The notes: a model not told the origin generated them from the sequence alone. DNA of 64,000 nt from Tagaea sp. (GCA_965279525.1 CBDIIB010000004.1:1216001-1280000); one strand, 5' to 3'. Positions 46,823 to 57,356 are shown, counted from the stretch's first letter. Program-made: numbers and translations.

Positions 46823-47838
46823 GCCCGCTGGTTTCGGTCGCGAACGCGTCCAAGCTTTTCCGTCAATCGCCCACGCTGGGCGAGCGGATCGCCGCACTCG
46901 CCGGCGGCAGCCTTCCGCGCCCCGTCCATGCCGTCGACGGCGTTTCGCTTGATATCCGCAAGGGTGAAGTTCTGGGCCTCGTGGGCGAGTCCGGTTGCGG
47001 CAAATCGACCCTTGGCCGGATGATCGCCGGCATCCTGCAGCCCAGCACCGGCCATGCACATCTCGACGGCGTTCCGCTGCTTGCCGAGACCGGTCGGCCG
47101 GTCAAGACCTCGACGCGCGTGCAGATGGTCTTCCAGGACCCGTTCGCCTCGCTCGATCCGCGAATGCGCATCGGCGACATCGTATCCGAGGGTCCGCTCG
47201 CCAATGGTATCGTGCCCGCAGCCGAAGTCCGGGCGGATACGGCGCGATGGCTTTCGACCGTCGGCCTCGATCCTGCGGTCGCCGAACGCTACCCACATCA
47301 GTTCTCCGGCGGCCAGCGCCAGCGCATCGCGATCGCGCGAGCACTTGCCATGCGTCCCGACGTGCTCGTGTGCGACGAGCCCGTCGCTTCGCTCGATGTG
47401 TCGATTCAGGCACAGATCATCAACCTGTTCTTGAAGCTGCGCCGGGAGCTCGGCCTGACGATGCTTTTCATCAGCCACGATCTGGGTCTCGTGCGCCACG
47501 TGTCGGACCGGATCGCCATCATGTATCTGGGTCGCATCGTCGAGCTGGGCGACACGCAAGGCATCTTCAACGCGCCGCGCCATCCCTATACACGCGCACT
47601 TCTCGACAGCATGCCCAAGCTGCGGCTCGATGCCGATGCGGCGATCGCGTTCCGCCCGATCCAGGGCGAGTTGCCCTCCCCGCTCGCCCCGCCGCCCGGT
47701 TGTCACTTCCACCAGCGCTGCCCGCATGTCCAAGCCCGGTGCAAGGCCGAACGGCCCGCATTGCGAATGCTCGGCGAACGCCAGGTCGCATGCCTGCGTG
47801 CCGATGAACTCAACCTCCAATCGGAGATATCGGGATGA
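46819..47838 (+). CDS. peptide ABC ATPase (DppF-like)
   Basis: GESGCGKS and FSGGQRQR motifs. Confidence 0.9.
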   Translation: MSPLVSVANASKLFRQSPTLGERIAALAGGSLPRPVHAVDGVSLDIRKGEVLGLVGESGCGKSTLGRMIAGILQPSTGHAHLDGVPLLAETGRPVKTSTRVQMVFQDPFASLDPRMRIGDIVSEGPLANGIVPAAEVRADTARWLSTVGLDPAVAERYPHQFSGGQRQRIAIARALAMRPDVLVCDEPVASLDVSIQAQIINLFLKLRRELGLTMLFISHDLGLVRHVSDRIAIMYLGRIVELGDTQGIFNAPRHPYTRALLDSMPKLRLDADAAIAFRPIQGELPSPLAPPPGCHFHQRCPHVQARCKAERPALRMLGERQVACLRADELNLQSEISG

Positions 47839-48767
47839 ACGGCCCGGAATTCTCACTTGCAATCCATGGCGGCTGCGGCGTGCTGCCGCGCAAGACGATC
47901 CCCGAGAGGTTCGCCGCCGACGTGCATGCGGCACTGCACGCCTCGCTTGCCGCCGGAGCGGCGATCCTGCGTGACGGCGGTGCGGCGCTTGATGCCGTCG
48001 AGGCGGCGGTCGTCGTCATGGAGGATGCCGCGGTCTTCAATGCCGGCCATGGGGCCGCCTTCAACGAGACCGGCGGGCACGAGCTCGACGCCGCGATCAT
48101 GGACGGGCGCACGCTGGAAGCGGGTGCCGTGACCGGCGCCAGAACCATGCGCAACCCGATCCGCGTGGCGCGCGGCGTCATGGCGTCGGGCGATTTCCTG
48201 CTGCTGCAGGGCGACGGGGCAGACGATTTTGCGCGTCGCGGCGGCTATCAGATCGTGCCTCAGAGCTATTTCGGTACCGAACAACGGCGCCAGATGCTGG
48301 CCGAGATGAAGGAACTGGCCGCCAAGGGCGAGGCTGCCAAGGCCAACGAGGCGCAGAAGCACGGCACGGTCGGAGCCGTCGCACGCGACCGGCACGGCAA
48401 TCTTGCCGCGGCCACTTCGACGGGCGGCTACACGAACAAGCCTGTCGGTCGCGTCGGCGACACGCCGATCGTCGGAGCCGGCACATACGCGAACAACGCG
48501 ACCTGTGCGGTCTCCGGAACCGGCAAGGGCGAATATTTCATCCGCAAAGTGCTGGCGCACGAGATTTCGGCACGCATGGCTTATCTCGGACATGGCCTGG
48601 AGAAGGCGACAGCCGACATGGTGGCAGAACTGCGGGATTGGGAATGCGGTGCCGGACTGGTGGCCGTCGACCGGCACGGGAATATCGCCTTGCCGTACAA
48701 CACGGAAGGCATGTATCGCGGCTCGGTCACGTCGCTGCAGCCGGCCCGGGTGGCGATCTACGAATAG
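47835..48767 (+). CDS. iaaA: isoaspartyl peptidase / plant-type L-asparaginase (Ntn hydrolase)
   Basis: AIHGG, FNAG, HG|TVGAVARD (autocleavage Thr), ATSTGG and GRVGDTP motifs. Confidence 0.9.
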   Translation: MNGPEFSLAIHGGCGVLPRKTIPERFAADVHAALHASLAAGAAILRDGGAALDAVEAAVVVMEDAAVFNAGHGAAFNETGGHELDAAIMDGRTLEAGAVTGARTMRNPIRVARGVMASGDFLLLQGDGADDFARRGGYQIVPQSYFGTEQRRQMLAEMKELAAKGEAAKANEAQKHGTVGAVARDRHGNLAAATSTGGYTNKPVGRVGDTPIVGAGTYANNATCAVSGTGKGEYFIRKVLAHEISARMAYLGHGLEKATADMVAELRDWECGAGLVAVDRHGNIALPYNTEGMYRGSVTSLQPARVAIYE

Positions 48768-48871
48768 GCGGCCCCGAACTTGCAACCTCCTCTATACAAC
48801 AGGCTCCCGGGCCGCCTAACATCGCGCCAATGCGGGCCGACCGGCCCCGGACATCAGGCATGGAGATCGTC

Positions 48872-49813
48872 ATGAAGGCATGGATTGTGGCGCTGTCGCT
48901 GGGGGCTGCGGCCGCCCTGTCGCCCGCGTCGGCACAGACGAAGCTGACCATCGGCTACAGCGGTTGGACGGGTTTTGCACCGCTCACGCTCGCCAAAGAA
49001 GCCGGCATCTTCCAGAAGAACGGTCTCGACGTGACGATGTCGAAGATCCCGCAGGCGAGCCGCCACCTGGCCATCCAGTCGGGGCAGGTCGCCTGCGCCG
49101 CGACGACCGTGGAAACCTGGGTCGCGTGGAACGCCAACGGCGTCGCCACCAAGCAGATATTCCAGCTCGACAAGAGCTACGGGGCCGACGGCATGGTCGT
49201 GCGCAACTCGATCGCGTCGATCAAGGACCTCAAGGGAAAGACCGTCGCGGCGTCCGCGCCGGGAACGGCGCCCTATTTCACGCTCGCCTGGTTCCTCAAG
49301 AAGAACGGGCTGTCGGTCAAGGACGTCACCATCGTCAATCTTGAGCCCGGTCCGGCCGCGCAGGTCTTCATTGCCGGCCAGAACGACGCGGCGATGACAT
49401 ACGAGCCTTACCTTTCGTCGGTGCGCGCGGCTCCGCAGGCCGGCAAGATCATCGCCACGACGCTCGACTACCCGATGATCATGGACACGTTCGGCTGCAC
49501 GCCGAAGTTCCTTGCCGACAATCCGGCCGCCGGCAAGGCACTCGCCGACAGCTATTTCCAGGCGATCGACATGATCGCCAAGGATCCGGCAAAGGCGAAC
49601 GAGATCATGGGCGCCGACGTCAAGCAGACCGGCGCGCAGTTCGCGGCATCCTCGCAGTACCTGCGCTGGCAGGACAAGGCGGCCAACAAGAAGTTCTTCG
49701 AGGGAGAGTTCCAGGCTTTCTCGAACGAGGCCGCTGACCTGCTGCTCGAGATCGGCATCATCAAGGCGAAGCCGGACATTGCTTCGCTCGTCGACACGCG
49801 CTTCATTCAGTGA
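48872..49813 (+). CDS. ABC substrate-binding protein (NitT/TauT, SsuA/NMT1-like)
   Basis: Signal peptide; SGWTGFAP, DKSYGADG, DLKGKTV and YEPY motifs. Confidence 0.88.
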   Translation: MKAWIVALSLGAAAALSPASAQTKLTIGYSGWTGFAPLTLAKEAGIFQKNGLDVTMSKIPQASRHLAIQSGQVACAATTVETWVAWNANGVATKQIFQLDKSYGADGMVVRNSIASIKDLKGKTVAASAPGTAPYFTLAWFLKKNGLSVKDVTIVNLEPGPAAQVFIAGQNDAAMTYEPYLSSVRAAPQAGKIIATTLDYPMIMDTFGCTPKFLADNPAAGKALADSYFQAIDMIAKDPAKANEIMGADVKQTGAQFAASSQYLRWQDKAANKKFFEGEFQAFSNEAADLLLEIGIIKAKPDIASLVDTRFIQ

Positions 49814-49819
49814 CGGACG

Positions 49820-49849
49820 GGCGCCGGGAGCCTGCAGGCTTCCGGCGCC
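49820..49849 (+). terminator. intergenic stem-loop after binding-protein gene
   Basis: GGCGCCGGGAGCC...GGCTTCCGGCGCC, a 13-bp stem with one G-U pair. Confidence 0.6.
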
Positions 49850-49868
49850 GGTCCCCACGGATCGTCCG

Positions 49869-50651
49869 ATGACCCTTTTCCGACCGCTCGAACCGGTTGG
49901 CCGTACCGCGCGCATCGTGCTCGGGATCGCGTTCTTCGTGGTCTTCTTCCTCGCCTGGGCGGCAGCGACGCTCAGCGGATACGTGCCGATCATCTTCCTC
50001 GCCGATCCGATCACGATGGTGCAGGACGGTTGGCTGCTTCTCACCAAGTTCGGATTTTCCCGCGACATCGGCGTGACGGTTTGGCGCGTGGTCGGCGGCT
50101 TCGTGCTGGCAGCACTCGTCGCCGTTCCGCTCGGTATCCTCATGGGGGCCTACAAGACCGTCGAGGCGTTCCTCGAACCTTTCGTATCCTTCGCGCGCTA
50201 TCTGCCTGCCTCGGCCTTCGTGCCGCTGCTGATCCTGTGGGCCGGCATCGGCGAGACGCAGAAGTTGCTCGTCATCTTCATCGGGTCCGTCTTCCAGATC
50301 GTGCTGATGGTCGCGGTTGCCGTCGGCAACACGCGGCGCGACCTCGTCGAGGCGGCGTATACGCTGGGCGCAAGCTCAGCCAGCGTCGTGCGCCGCGTGC
50401 TTATCCCGGCCAACGCGCCGGAGATCGCCGAAATCCTGCGTCTCGTGCTCGGCTGGGCGTGGACCTATGTGATCGTCGCCGAACTGATCGGTTCATCGTC
50501 GGGCATCGGTCATATGATCATCGAGAGTCAGGCATTGATGGCCACGGGCCAGATCGTGTTCGGCATCATCGTGATCGGGCTCATCGGTCTGATTTCCGAT
50601 TTCGCCTTCAAGACGGTCAACCGCGTGTTTTTCGGCTGGCGACTGGCATGA
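49869..50651 (+). CDS. NitT/TauT ABC permease
   Basis: RYLPASAF, EAAYTLGA and AELIG motifs. Confidence 0.9.
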   Translation: MTLFRPLEPVGRTARIVLGIAFFVVFFLAWAAATLSGYVPIIFLADPITMVQDGWLLLTKFGFSRDIGVTVWRVVGGFVLAALVAVPLGILMGAYKTVEAFLEPFVSFARYLPASAFVPLLILWAGIGETQKLLVIFIGSVFQIVLMVAVAVGNTRRDLVEAAYTLGASSASVVRRVLIPANAPEIAEILRLVLGWAWTYVIVAELIGSSSGIGHMIIESQALMATGQIVFGIIVIGLIGLISDFAFKTVNRVFFGWRLA

Positions 50652-51442
50652 CGGTAGGACCAAAGCTGCGCGTCGAAGGCGTATCGCGCACCTTCCCGGG
50701 TGTGGCGGGCCGGCCGGCGCTGACGGCACTCGAGCCGACCGACCTCTCGATCGCCGAGAACGATTTCATCACCGTCCTGGGTCCCTCGGGTTGCGGGAAG
50801 TCGACCTTGCTGCGCATCGTCGCTGGGCTTGACCGGCCGAGTGCGGGCCGCGTGCTGCTCGACGGGCACGCGATCGAAGGCCCCGGCCCCGACCGCGGCA
50901 TGGTGTTCCAGTCCTATACGCTTTTTCCCTGGCTCAACGTTGCCGACAATGTCGCCTTCGGCTTGCGAGAGCGCGGCGTGCCCGAGCGCGAGATCGCCGA
51001 GACCGTCGCGACGTATCTCGATGAAGTCGGCTTGAGGGGTTTCGAGAATCACCTGCCCAAGCAGCTCTCCGGAGGCATGCAGCAGCGCACCGCGATCGCG
51101 CGTGCCCTTGCCAACGATCCCGAGATCCTGCTCCTCGACGAGCCGTTCGGCGCGCTCGACAACCAGACCCGTGGGCTGATGCAGGAACTTCTGCTCGGCA
51201 TCTGGGAGCGGGACCGCAAGACCGTGATATTCGTCACCCACGACATCGAGGAGGCGATTTTCATGGCCTCGCGCGTGCTGGTGATGACCGCGCGTCCCGG
51301 CCGCATCAAGGCCGACATCCCGGTCGATCTGCCGCACCCGCGCCATTACACGGTCAAGACCAGCCCCGATTTCTCGGCGCTCAAGGCCCGCCTTACCGAG
51401 GAGATCCGGGTCGAAGCGATGCGCGCGGCCGAGATTCACTGA
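50648..51442 (+). CDS. NitT/TauT ABC ATPase
   Basis: [25 protein letters not shown] and RPGRI motifs. Confidence 0.92.
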   Translation: MTVGPKLRVEGVSRTFPGVAGRPALTALEPTDLSIAENDFITVLGPSGCGKSTLLRIVAGLDRPSAGRVLLDGHAIEGPGPDRGMVFQSYTLFPWLNVADNVAFGLRERGVPEREIAETVATYLDEVGLRGFENHLPKQLSGGMQQRTAIARALANDPEILLLDEPFGALDNQTRGLMQELLLGIWERDRKTVIFVTHDIEEAIFMASRVLVMTARPGRIKADIPVDLPHPRHYTVKTSPDFSALKARLTEEIRVEAMRAAEIH

Positions 51443-51463
51443 TCCGCGAAAGGCTCCCCCAAG

Positions 51464-51949
51464 ATGCTCGGACTATCCCTTGCCGCCTTTACCACCCTGC
51501 ACGTCATAATCAGCCTGATCGGCATCGCGACCGGCATCGTGGTCCTCGCCGCGATGATCGCCGACCGGTACGACGCGCGGATGACGGCAGTCTTCCTTGC
51601 AACCACTGTGGCGACGAGCGTCACCGGCTTCATGTTCGAGTTCGCCGGCGTCACGCCAGGACACGTCTTCGGCGTCCTTTCGCTCGCAGCTCTCGGACTG
51701 GCGCTCCATGCGCTCTATATCCGGGCGCTCGTCGGACGGTGGCGGCATGTCTACATCGCCGGCGCGATCTTCTCTCTCTACCTGAATTCGTTTGTCGCCG
51801 TCGTGCAGGCCTTCCAGAAGATCGGGTTCCTGCAGTCGATGGCGCCCACGCAGTCCGAGCCGCCGTTCCAGATCGCACAACTCGTCTTGCTCGTCGCGTT
51901 CGTGGCGGCGGGATATCTGGCGACAAAGCGATTCCGGCACTCGGTCTAG
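51464..51949 (+). CDS. hypothetical membrane protein (about 5 TM)
   Basis: Hydrophobic segments; TSVTGF, YLNSFV..VQAFQK and PTQSEPPF motifs. No function known to me. Confidence 0.75.
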   Translation: MLGLSLAAFTTLHVIISLIGIATGIVVLAAMIADRYDARMTAVFLATTVATSVTGFMFEFAGVTPGHVFGVLSLAALGLALHALYIRALVGRWRHVYIAGAIFSLYLNSFVAVVQAFQKIGFLQSMAPTQSEPPFQIAQLVLLVAFVAAGYLATKRFRHSV

Positions 51950-51953
51950 CCGA

Positions 51954-52973
51954 TCAGAGCTCGATCCGTCGGCCGCTCCGCACGGATTCGTAAGCCCGGA
52001 CGATCATGGTCAGCGCCCGGATGCCGTCTTCAAGTGAAACCGGCGGTGCCTCGCCGTTTCGCAGGGCCGCAGCAAAGGCGATGGCGTTCTGGTGGTGGAA
52101 CTGCCCTTGCTTGAATCGCGGAATCAAAGGCGAAGAAATCCACTCCCGAACGGCCTGATCGCGCCTGAACGTCCGGAGGAAGGGTCCATTCGAGATGTCG
52201 CGCGACGCAAGATCGACGCCCGACAAGAGTGCGGTTCCGTTTGAGCCATAGATCTCGATCGACGTGTCCGCCGCCACGAACGTAAAACTCGCAACGACTT
52301 CAGCCGTCATGCCGTCGGCGTACTCGAACAGTGCGATCGCCTGATCCTCGACCGGCAGGCCCAGCGCCGATGATGCCGACGCAAGCACGCTCTTCGGCAT
52401 ACCGAACGTCCAGCAGAGAAAGTCGGCGGCGTGGACGCCTTCGTCGAGAAGCGCCCCACCGCCGGACCTGGCAGGATCGACGTACCAACGATTGGAAAAA
52501 TCTGCATCCAGACCATAGAAGTGGCCGTGACGGATGCGGACAAGGCCGATCCGCCCCAGTTCGCCGGAAATCACGAGCCGTCGAAGCTCGAGCGACGCCG
52601 GATCGAACCGCTTCGGAAAACTCTGCATGAACGCGATGCCGCTGTCGCGTACCGCCGTCGCGATGCGCTTGGCCTCGATCAAGTTGATCGCGGTCGGCTT
52701 CTCGCACAGAACGGAACGCCCGGCTTTCGCGGCATGCTCGATCAGCGGTGCGTGCGCCGCCGTTTCACTGCATATGGCAACCGCATCGCAGGCATCGAGC
52801 GCCCGATCGAGGTCTGCGACGAACGGCACGCCGAAACGGCTGGCTGCCTCAGCGCCACGAACCTCGTCGTCGTCCCAGATCGCCGTCAAAGCAACATCCG
52901 GCTCGGCCCGGAAGGCCTCGGCCCAGAAGTTCGCGTGATAGTGCGCGAAGCTCAGGATCGCGATCCGAATCAT
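51954..52973 (-). CDS. Gfo/Idh/MocA family oxidoreductase
   Basis: ILSFAHYHA, CEKP and GGGALLDEGVH motifs. Confidence 0.88.
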   Translation of the reverse strand: MIRIAILSFAHYHANFWAEAFRAEPDVALTAIWDDDEVRGAEAASRFGVPFVADLDRALDACDAVAICSETAAHAPLIEHAAKAGRSVLCEKPTAINLIEAKRIATAVRDSGIAFMQSFPKRFDPASLELRRLVISGELGRIGLVRIRHGHFYGLDADFSNRWYVDPARSGGGALLDEGVHAADFLCWTFGMPKSVLASASSALGLPVEDQAIALFEYADGMTAEVVASFTFVAADTSIEIYGSNGTALLSGVDLASRDISNGPFLRTFRRDQAVREWISSPLIPRFKQGQFHHQNAIAFAAALRNGEAPPVSLEDGIRALTMIVRAYESVRSGRRIEL

Positions 52974-53995
52974 ATGTTCTCCACCGAAACGCGTGTACCG
53001 GCCGACGAACTGGACCGCTCGATCGCTTCGGCGATCAGGATCCCGTTCAATGCGTCGAGCGCCGTCCGCTCAGGTGGCCGGGCGCCGGTTATCCCGTCGA
53101 TCCAGCGCTGATGCTGGCACTGGCCGAACGGCGGCGTCGGAACGGCAGGTGTCTCCCACCCCTTCCCGCCGCTGAAATTGACTGCAAGCGGCCCCAGCTC
53201 GCTTCTCAGCCAGATCGTGCCTCTCGTCCCATAAATCTCGAACCGGAAACGGTCGCAGCCCTTCGCCTCGATCATCGACATCTCGTGCGATGCCGCGACT
53301 CCATTCACCATCGAATACGCCGCCCATGCACTGTCCGGATTCTCGACCGCGACACGCCGTCCGTCCGCCAACTGGCGTTCGGCGCGCAGGATTGCCGTCG
53401 TTGCTGACACGGCCGCCACGGGACCGCAGACCTGTGTCAGCAGATCAATCCCGTGCACGCCGAGTTGCAGGACGACGCCGCCGGCAACACGCGACTTCTT
53501 GAAGAACCAGTCAGCCCAATCCGGACCTGGCGTGGCGTTGCGCAGGCGGATGCTCGTCACCTCGCCGATGGTACCGTCGGCGACGAGTTCGCGTGCCATG
53601 CGGAACTCCTCGAAGTAGCGGTGCATGAAGCTGACCTGCAGATCGACCTTAGCTGCCGCTGCGGTGGCGATGATCCGCCGGCAGGCCGCACTGTCGGCTG
53701 CCATCGGCTTCTGCAGGAGAATGGCCTTGCCTCTGGCGGCGGCCTCCGCCGCGATGGCCTCATGCGTATCGTCGGGTGTCGCGATGATGACAGCCTCTAC
53801 ATCCGGCCTGGCAAGTGCAGCGGAACTGTCCACACTTGCATCTGGGATGCCATAGCGGGCGGCTGCGGCCTGTGTCTTGGCCACATCGCGCCCGACGATG
53901 ACCCGTACGTCGGCGTTCGGGACCGCGTTCAGTCCGGCAAGATGATAGTCGGCGATCGACCCCGTGCCGACAAACGCGATCCCGATGCGTGCCAT
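52970..53995 (-). CDS. Gfo/Idh/MocA family oxidoreductase
   Basis: GTGSIA, ATPDDTH, LQKPMA and GGVVLQLGVHGID motifs. Confidence 0.88.
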   Translation of the reverse strand: MARIGIAFVGTGSIADYHLAGLNAVPNADVRVIVGRDVAKTQAAAARYGIPDASVDSSAALARPDVEAVIIATPDDTHEAIAAEAAARGKAILLQKPMAADSAACRRIIATAAAAKVDLQVSFMHRYFEEFRMARELVADGTIGEVTSIRLRNATPGPDWADWFFKKSRVAGGVVLQLGVHGIDLLTQVCGPVAAVSATTAILRAERQLADGRRVAVENPDSAWAAYSMVNGVAASHEMSMIEAKGCDRFRFEIYGTRGTIWLRSELGPLAVNFSGGKGWETPAVPTPPFGQCQHQRWIDGITGARPPERTALDALNGILIAEAIERSSSSAGTRVSVENI

Positions 53996-54000
53996 CCGGC

Positions 54001-55035
54001 TCAGGCCTTCCAGCGACCGGCACGGCGAACCAGCGCCGGGTCCGCCGCTGCCACCGGGTCGGAGAACGTGTAGTCGAGCGGGTGCTTGGGTGCCTTTATG
54101 CGACCAGAAGCGACGAGGTAGCCGCTCATCGACTCCATGTCCGCCACATAGGCATCGTCGAATGCCGGATTGAAGTCGTAGTCACCCCAGATCGCCTCGA
54201 CGAGGGCCTTGTCCTGCTTGGTCTGCGCCGAAACCAACTCGAGCACTTCGGCCCGGTTGGCGGCACTTGCCACATACTTCTGGCCGCGCACGAGCACGGC
54301 CATCAGCGTGCGCGTGGCAACCGGATTCTTGCGCACGAACTCCTCGCTCGCGACGAAGATCGAACGCGTTGCCGAGATGGCGGCAGCCGCGCCCTTGTTG
54401 GCAGCAAAGCCGCTGTTGGTACCCGAATGCAGCATCGTCGTGTTGCCGAGCTTCAGTGCGTTGTGTGCCCAGGGCTGCCAGCACAGAAGCGCCTGGATGT
54501 TGTTGCTGGTAAGGCCTGCAAGCTGCTCGGGCGGTGGCATGTTGACGATCTGCAGCTTGCTTTCGTCGAGCTTGTAGAGCTTGGCAAGGTTGTGGAGGGT
54601 AGCGCTGGCGGTCGAGCCCGCGAGAAGCCCGATTTTGATTCGATACAGGTCTTCGGGCTTGCTCACGTTCGCGTCATTGCGCACGATCAGCTGTTCGGCC
54701 TTCGTGGCGATGCAGTTCGTGCCAAGCACGACCGCAGGCACACCCGAATTGGCCATCGAGATCGGCGGCAGGTTGCCGGGCGTCCAAAGATGGATTTGCC
54801 CGCCGATCAGGGCCTCCCCGGCGAGCGCGCCGCTGGTGAAGCTCGGTGTCGTGATCTCGGTAAAGCCTGCCTCACGCAGCCAACCCTTCTGCATGGCGAC
54901 GATGTGCGGCGCGAAGACCGGATCGAGGCCGAAGCCGATTCCGAGCTTCGATATTTCCGGGCGTGCCTGGGCGTGAACGATTGCGGGCGACACGAGTACC
55001 GCAGTGGTCGTGGCAAGGAATGTCCGGCGATCCAT
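54001..55035 (-). CDS. NitT/TauT ABC substrate-binding protein, Tat-like signal
   Basis: MDRRTFL signal; FTSG and WQPW motifs. Confidence 0.85.
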   Translation of the reverse strand: MDRRTFLATTTAVLVSPAIVHAQARPEISKLGIGFGLDPVFAPHIVAMQKGWLREAGFTEITTPSFTSGALAGEALIGGQIHLWTPGNLPPISMANSGVPAVVLGTNCIATKAEQLIVRNDANVSKPEDLYRIKIGLLAGSTASATLHNLAKLYKLDESKLQIVNMPPPEQLAGLTSNNIQALLCWQPWAHNALKLGNTTMLHSGTNSGFAANKGAAAAISATRSIFVASEEFVRKNPVATRTLMAVLVRGQKYVASAANRAEVLELVSAQTKQDKALVEAIWGDYDFNPAFDDAYVADMESMSGYLVASGRIKAPKHPLDYTFSDPVAAADPALVRRAGRWKA

Positions 55036-55054
55036 GGTTTGGCCCCTTCTGTTT

Positions 55055-55822
55055 CTAGAAACGGTGCCAGCGCCCCACCGTCCGGCGGATTGCCGCGGCG
55101 AGTTGCTGGTCGGCGACAAGATTCACAAGTCCGATCAGGAATATCCCGAATATCGAGATGCCAAGCTGGCCAAGCTGGCGGGCCTCCATGACGAGATGGC
55201 CCATGCCGCGTTCGGCCGCGATGAGTTCGGCCGCCACGAGCACGCCGAAACCGAGACCGAAGCCGATGCGCAGGCCCGTCGCGATGTCCGGCATCGCGGC
55301 GGGAACCGCGACCTTGACGAGCAGCCGAAGTCCGTCCACATCCATCGTGCGGGCCGCACGCAGAATCGCGGGCTGGATCGATGCCATGCCGCGCGCGGCA
55401 CTGCTGAAGACCGGGAAGAATGTGCCGAGGAAAATGACGAAGATCTTCGACGGTTCGCCGATCCCGAACCATACGATCGCGATCGGAATCCAGGCGAGTG
55501 GCGGGATCGGCCGCAGTATCTCGACGAATGGCCGGCTCACCAGTGCGACGGGACGATACCAGCCAGCGGCGATCCCCAGGGCGATTCCCGCGGAGGCGCC
55601 GAGCGAGAATCCCGCAAGGATGCGCCACAGGCTTGTCCCTACGTGTTCGGCAAGCGTGAGGAGCGGAATCGTCGACAGTGCGACAAGGATCGCCTGGCTT
55701 GGTGCCGGCATGATCGCAGGATTACGCCAGCCGAAACGGGCCGCGATCTCCCACAGGCTGACAAACAGGACGACCCCGATCAGGCCGGCGTAGCGCTCGA
55801 CGAGTCCCGGAGACCGTATCAT
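55055..55822 (-). CDS. NitT/TauT ABC permease
   Basis: RPIPPLAWIP, AARTMD and AAELIA motifs. Start MIRSP. Confidence 0.9.
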   Translation of the reverse strand: MIRSPGLVERYAGLIGVVLFVSLWEIAARFGWRNPAIMPAPSQAILVALSTIPLLTLAEHVGTSLWRILAGFSLGASAGIALGIAAGWYRPVALVSRPFVEILRPIPPLAWIPIAIVWFGIGEPSKIFVIFLGTFFPVFSSAARGMASIQPAILRAARTMDVDGLRLLVKVAVPAAMPDIATGLRIGFGLGFGVLVAAELIAAERGMGHLVMEARQLGQLGISIFGIFLIGLVNLVADQQLAAAIRRTVGRWHRF

Positions 55823-56610
55823 TGCTGCTGGGCCTCCTGCCTTGCCTGCCACGGAACGAGCCACGCTTCGATGCGTGTCAGGACGAGCATCACGCCGAGC
55901 CCGAATCCGCCGATGCAGAACATCCCGACCATCGTGATGTCGGTGCGATAGAAGGTCCGCGCCTCCATGATCAGCGATCCCAGACCATGGATCGTTCCGA
56001 TCATCTCGGCCCCGACGATGACCATGAAGCCCACGCCAAGGGCCATGCGCGCTCCCGCCAGCAATCGCGGAAGCGCGGCCGGCAGCATCACCTGCCGGAA
56101 TATCGTGCGCGCGTCGGCGTCCATCGTGCGCGCGGCGCTGATCAGGGCCGGGTCGACGAGCTTGACCGCGGCAATGCTTGCCGACAGCATGACCCAGAAG
56201 CAACCATAGCCGATCAGGAATATCTTGGCGCCCTCGCCGGTCCCGAACCAGACGATGGCAAGCGGAAGCAGGCTCAATGTGGCGATCGACCGGCAGAACG
56301 CGACGGTCGGCGCTGTCATTCGGTCAAGCAGCGGACTGCTGCCGATCAGCATGCCGAGCGGCACGGCAAGCGCGACAGCCAGCAGGTGCCCGGTGACGAT
56401 GCGCTGGAATGTGATGCCCGCATGCGCCCACAGCGTGATGCCCTGCGGATAGCCTGTGAACGCAAGATCGACGAAGCTGCGCGCGAGCCGGCTGGGTGGC
56501 GGAAACTGGATCGGCCGCAGCCAGCCGGCTCCCACCGCGAACTCCCACAGGCCCAGGAACGCGGCGAACACGGCAAGCGGCACGGCCCAACCGGCGTGTC
56601 GGCCGCTCAT
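55819..56610 (-). CDS. NitT/TauT ABC permease (second)
   Basis: FPPPS, WFGTGE, AARTMD and GAEMI motifs. Confidence 0.9.
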   Translation of the reverse strand: MSGRHAGWAVPLAVFAAFLGLWEFAVGAGWLRPIQFPPPSRLARSFVDLAFTGYPQGITLWAHAGITFQRIVTGHLLAVALAVPLGMLIGSSPLLDRMTAPTVAFCRSIATLSLLPLAIVWFGTGEGAKIFLIGYGCFWVMLSASIAAVKLVDPALISAARTMDADARTIFRQVMLPAALPRLLAGARMALGVGFMVIVGAEMIGTIHGLGSLIMEARTFYRTDITMVGMFCIGGFGLGVMLVLTRIEAWLVPWQARQEAQQQ

Positions 56611-57356
56611 GGCTCGCCCCTGAGACAGGCCCAGACCTCGTCATAGAGAGCGACGAGCTGCGGGTCGCTGCGCCGGCGCGGGCGCGGAATGTCGATGCGT
56701 CGCTCCAGCACGATGCGCCCGGGTCGTGGCGCCATCACGAGGATGCGGTCTGCGAGAATCAGCCCCTCCCAGATCGAATGGGTGACAAACACGACGGTCT
56801 TGCGGCGCTGGGCCCACACGCGCAGCAACTCATCCTGCATCTCGTTGCGCGTGATCTCGTCAAGTGCTCCGAACGGCTCGTCCATCAGCAGGATCTTGGG
56901 ATCGAGAGCCAAAGCGCGTGCGATCGCCACACGCTGCTGCATGCCGCCGGAAAGTTCGAACGGATACTTCAGTTCAGAACCCGCGAGACCGACGAGCGCC
57001 AGCAGTTCTCTCGCAAGCCTCGCCGCCTCGAGCTTGGGCACGCCGCGATTGACGGCGGCGAACTCGATGTTGCGCTGGGCCGTCAGCCACGGAAACAGGG
57101 CGCCGTGCTGGAACACCATGCCTTTGCCGGCGCCCGGCCCCGTGACGACCGTCGCATCGACGCGAACGTCGCCGGCGCTGGCCCGCTCGAGGCCTGCGAC
57201 GATATTTAGCAATGTCGTCTTTCCGCAACCGCTGCGACCCAGCAGGACGACGAACTCGTTTTCCGCAATCGATAGGTCGACCTTGCCGAGTACGGGCTGA
57301 CCGGTCTCGTTTCCGAAGCGCTTGCCCAGCCCGTTGATTTCAATCGCCGCCGTCAT
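56607..57356 (-). CDS. NitT/TauT ABC ATPase
   Basis: [17 protein letters not shown] and DEPFGALD motifs. Confidence 0.92.
   Translation of the reverse strand: MTAAIEINGLGKRFGNETGQPVLGKVDLSIAENEFVVLLGRSGCGKTTLLNIVAGLERASAGDVRVDATVVTGPGAGKGMVFQHGALFPWLTAQRNIEFAAVNRGVPKLEAARLARELLALVGLAGSELKYPFELSGGMQQRVAIARALALDPKILLMDEPFGALDEITRNEMQDELLRVWAQRRKTVVFVTHSIWEGLILADRILVMAPRPGRIVLERRIDIPRPRRRSDPQLVALYDEVWACLRGEP

Noticed and set aside
25444-49849. Intergenic hairpins as a REP repeat family
   Set aside because: The stems do not share sequence with each other.
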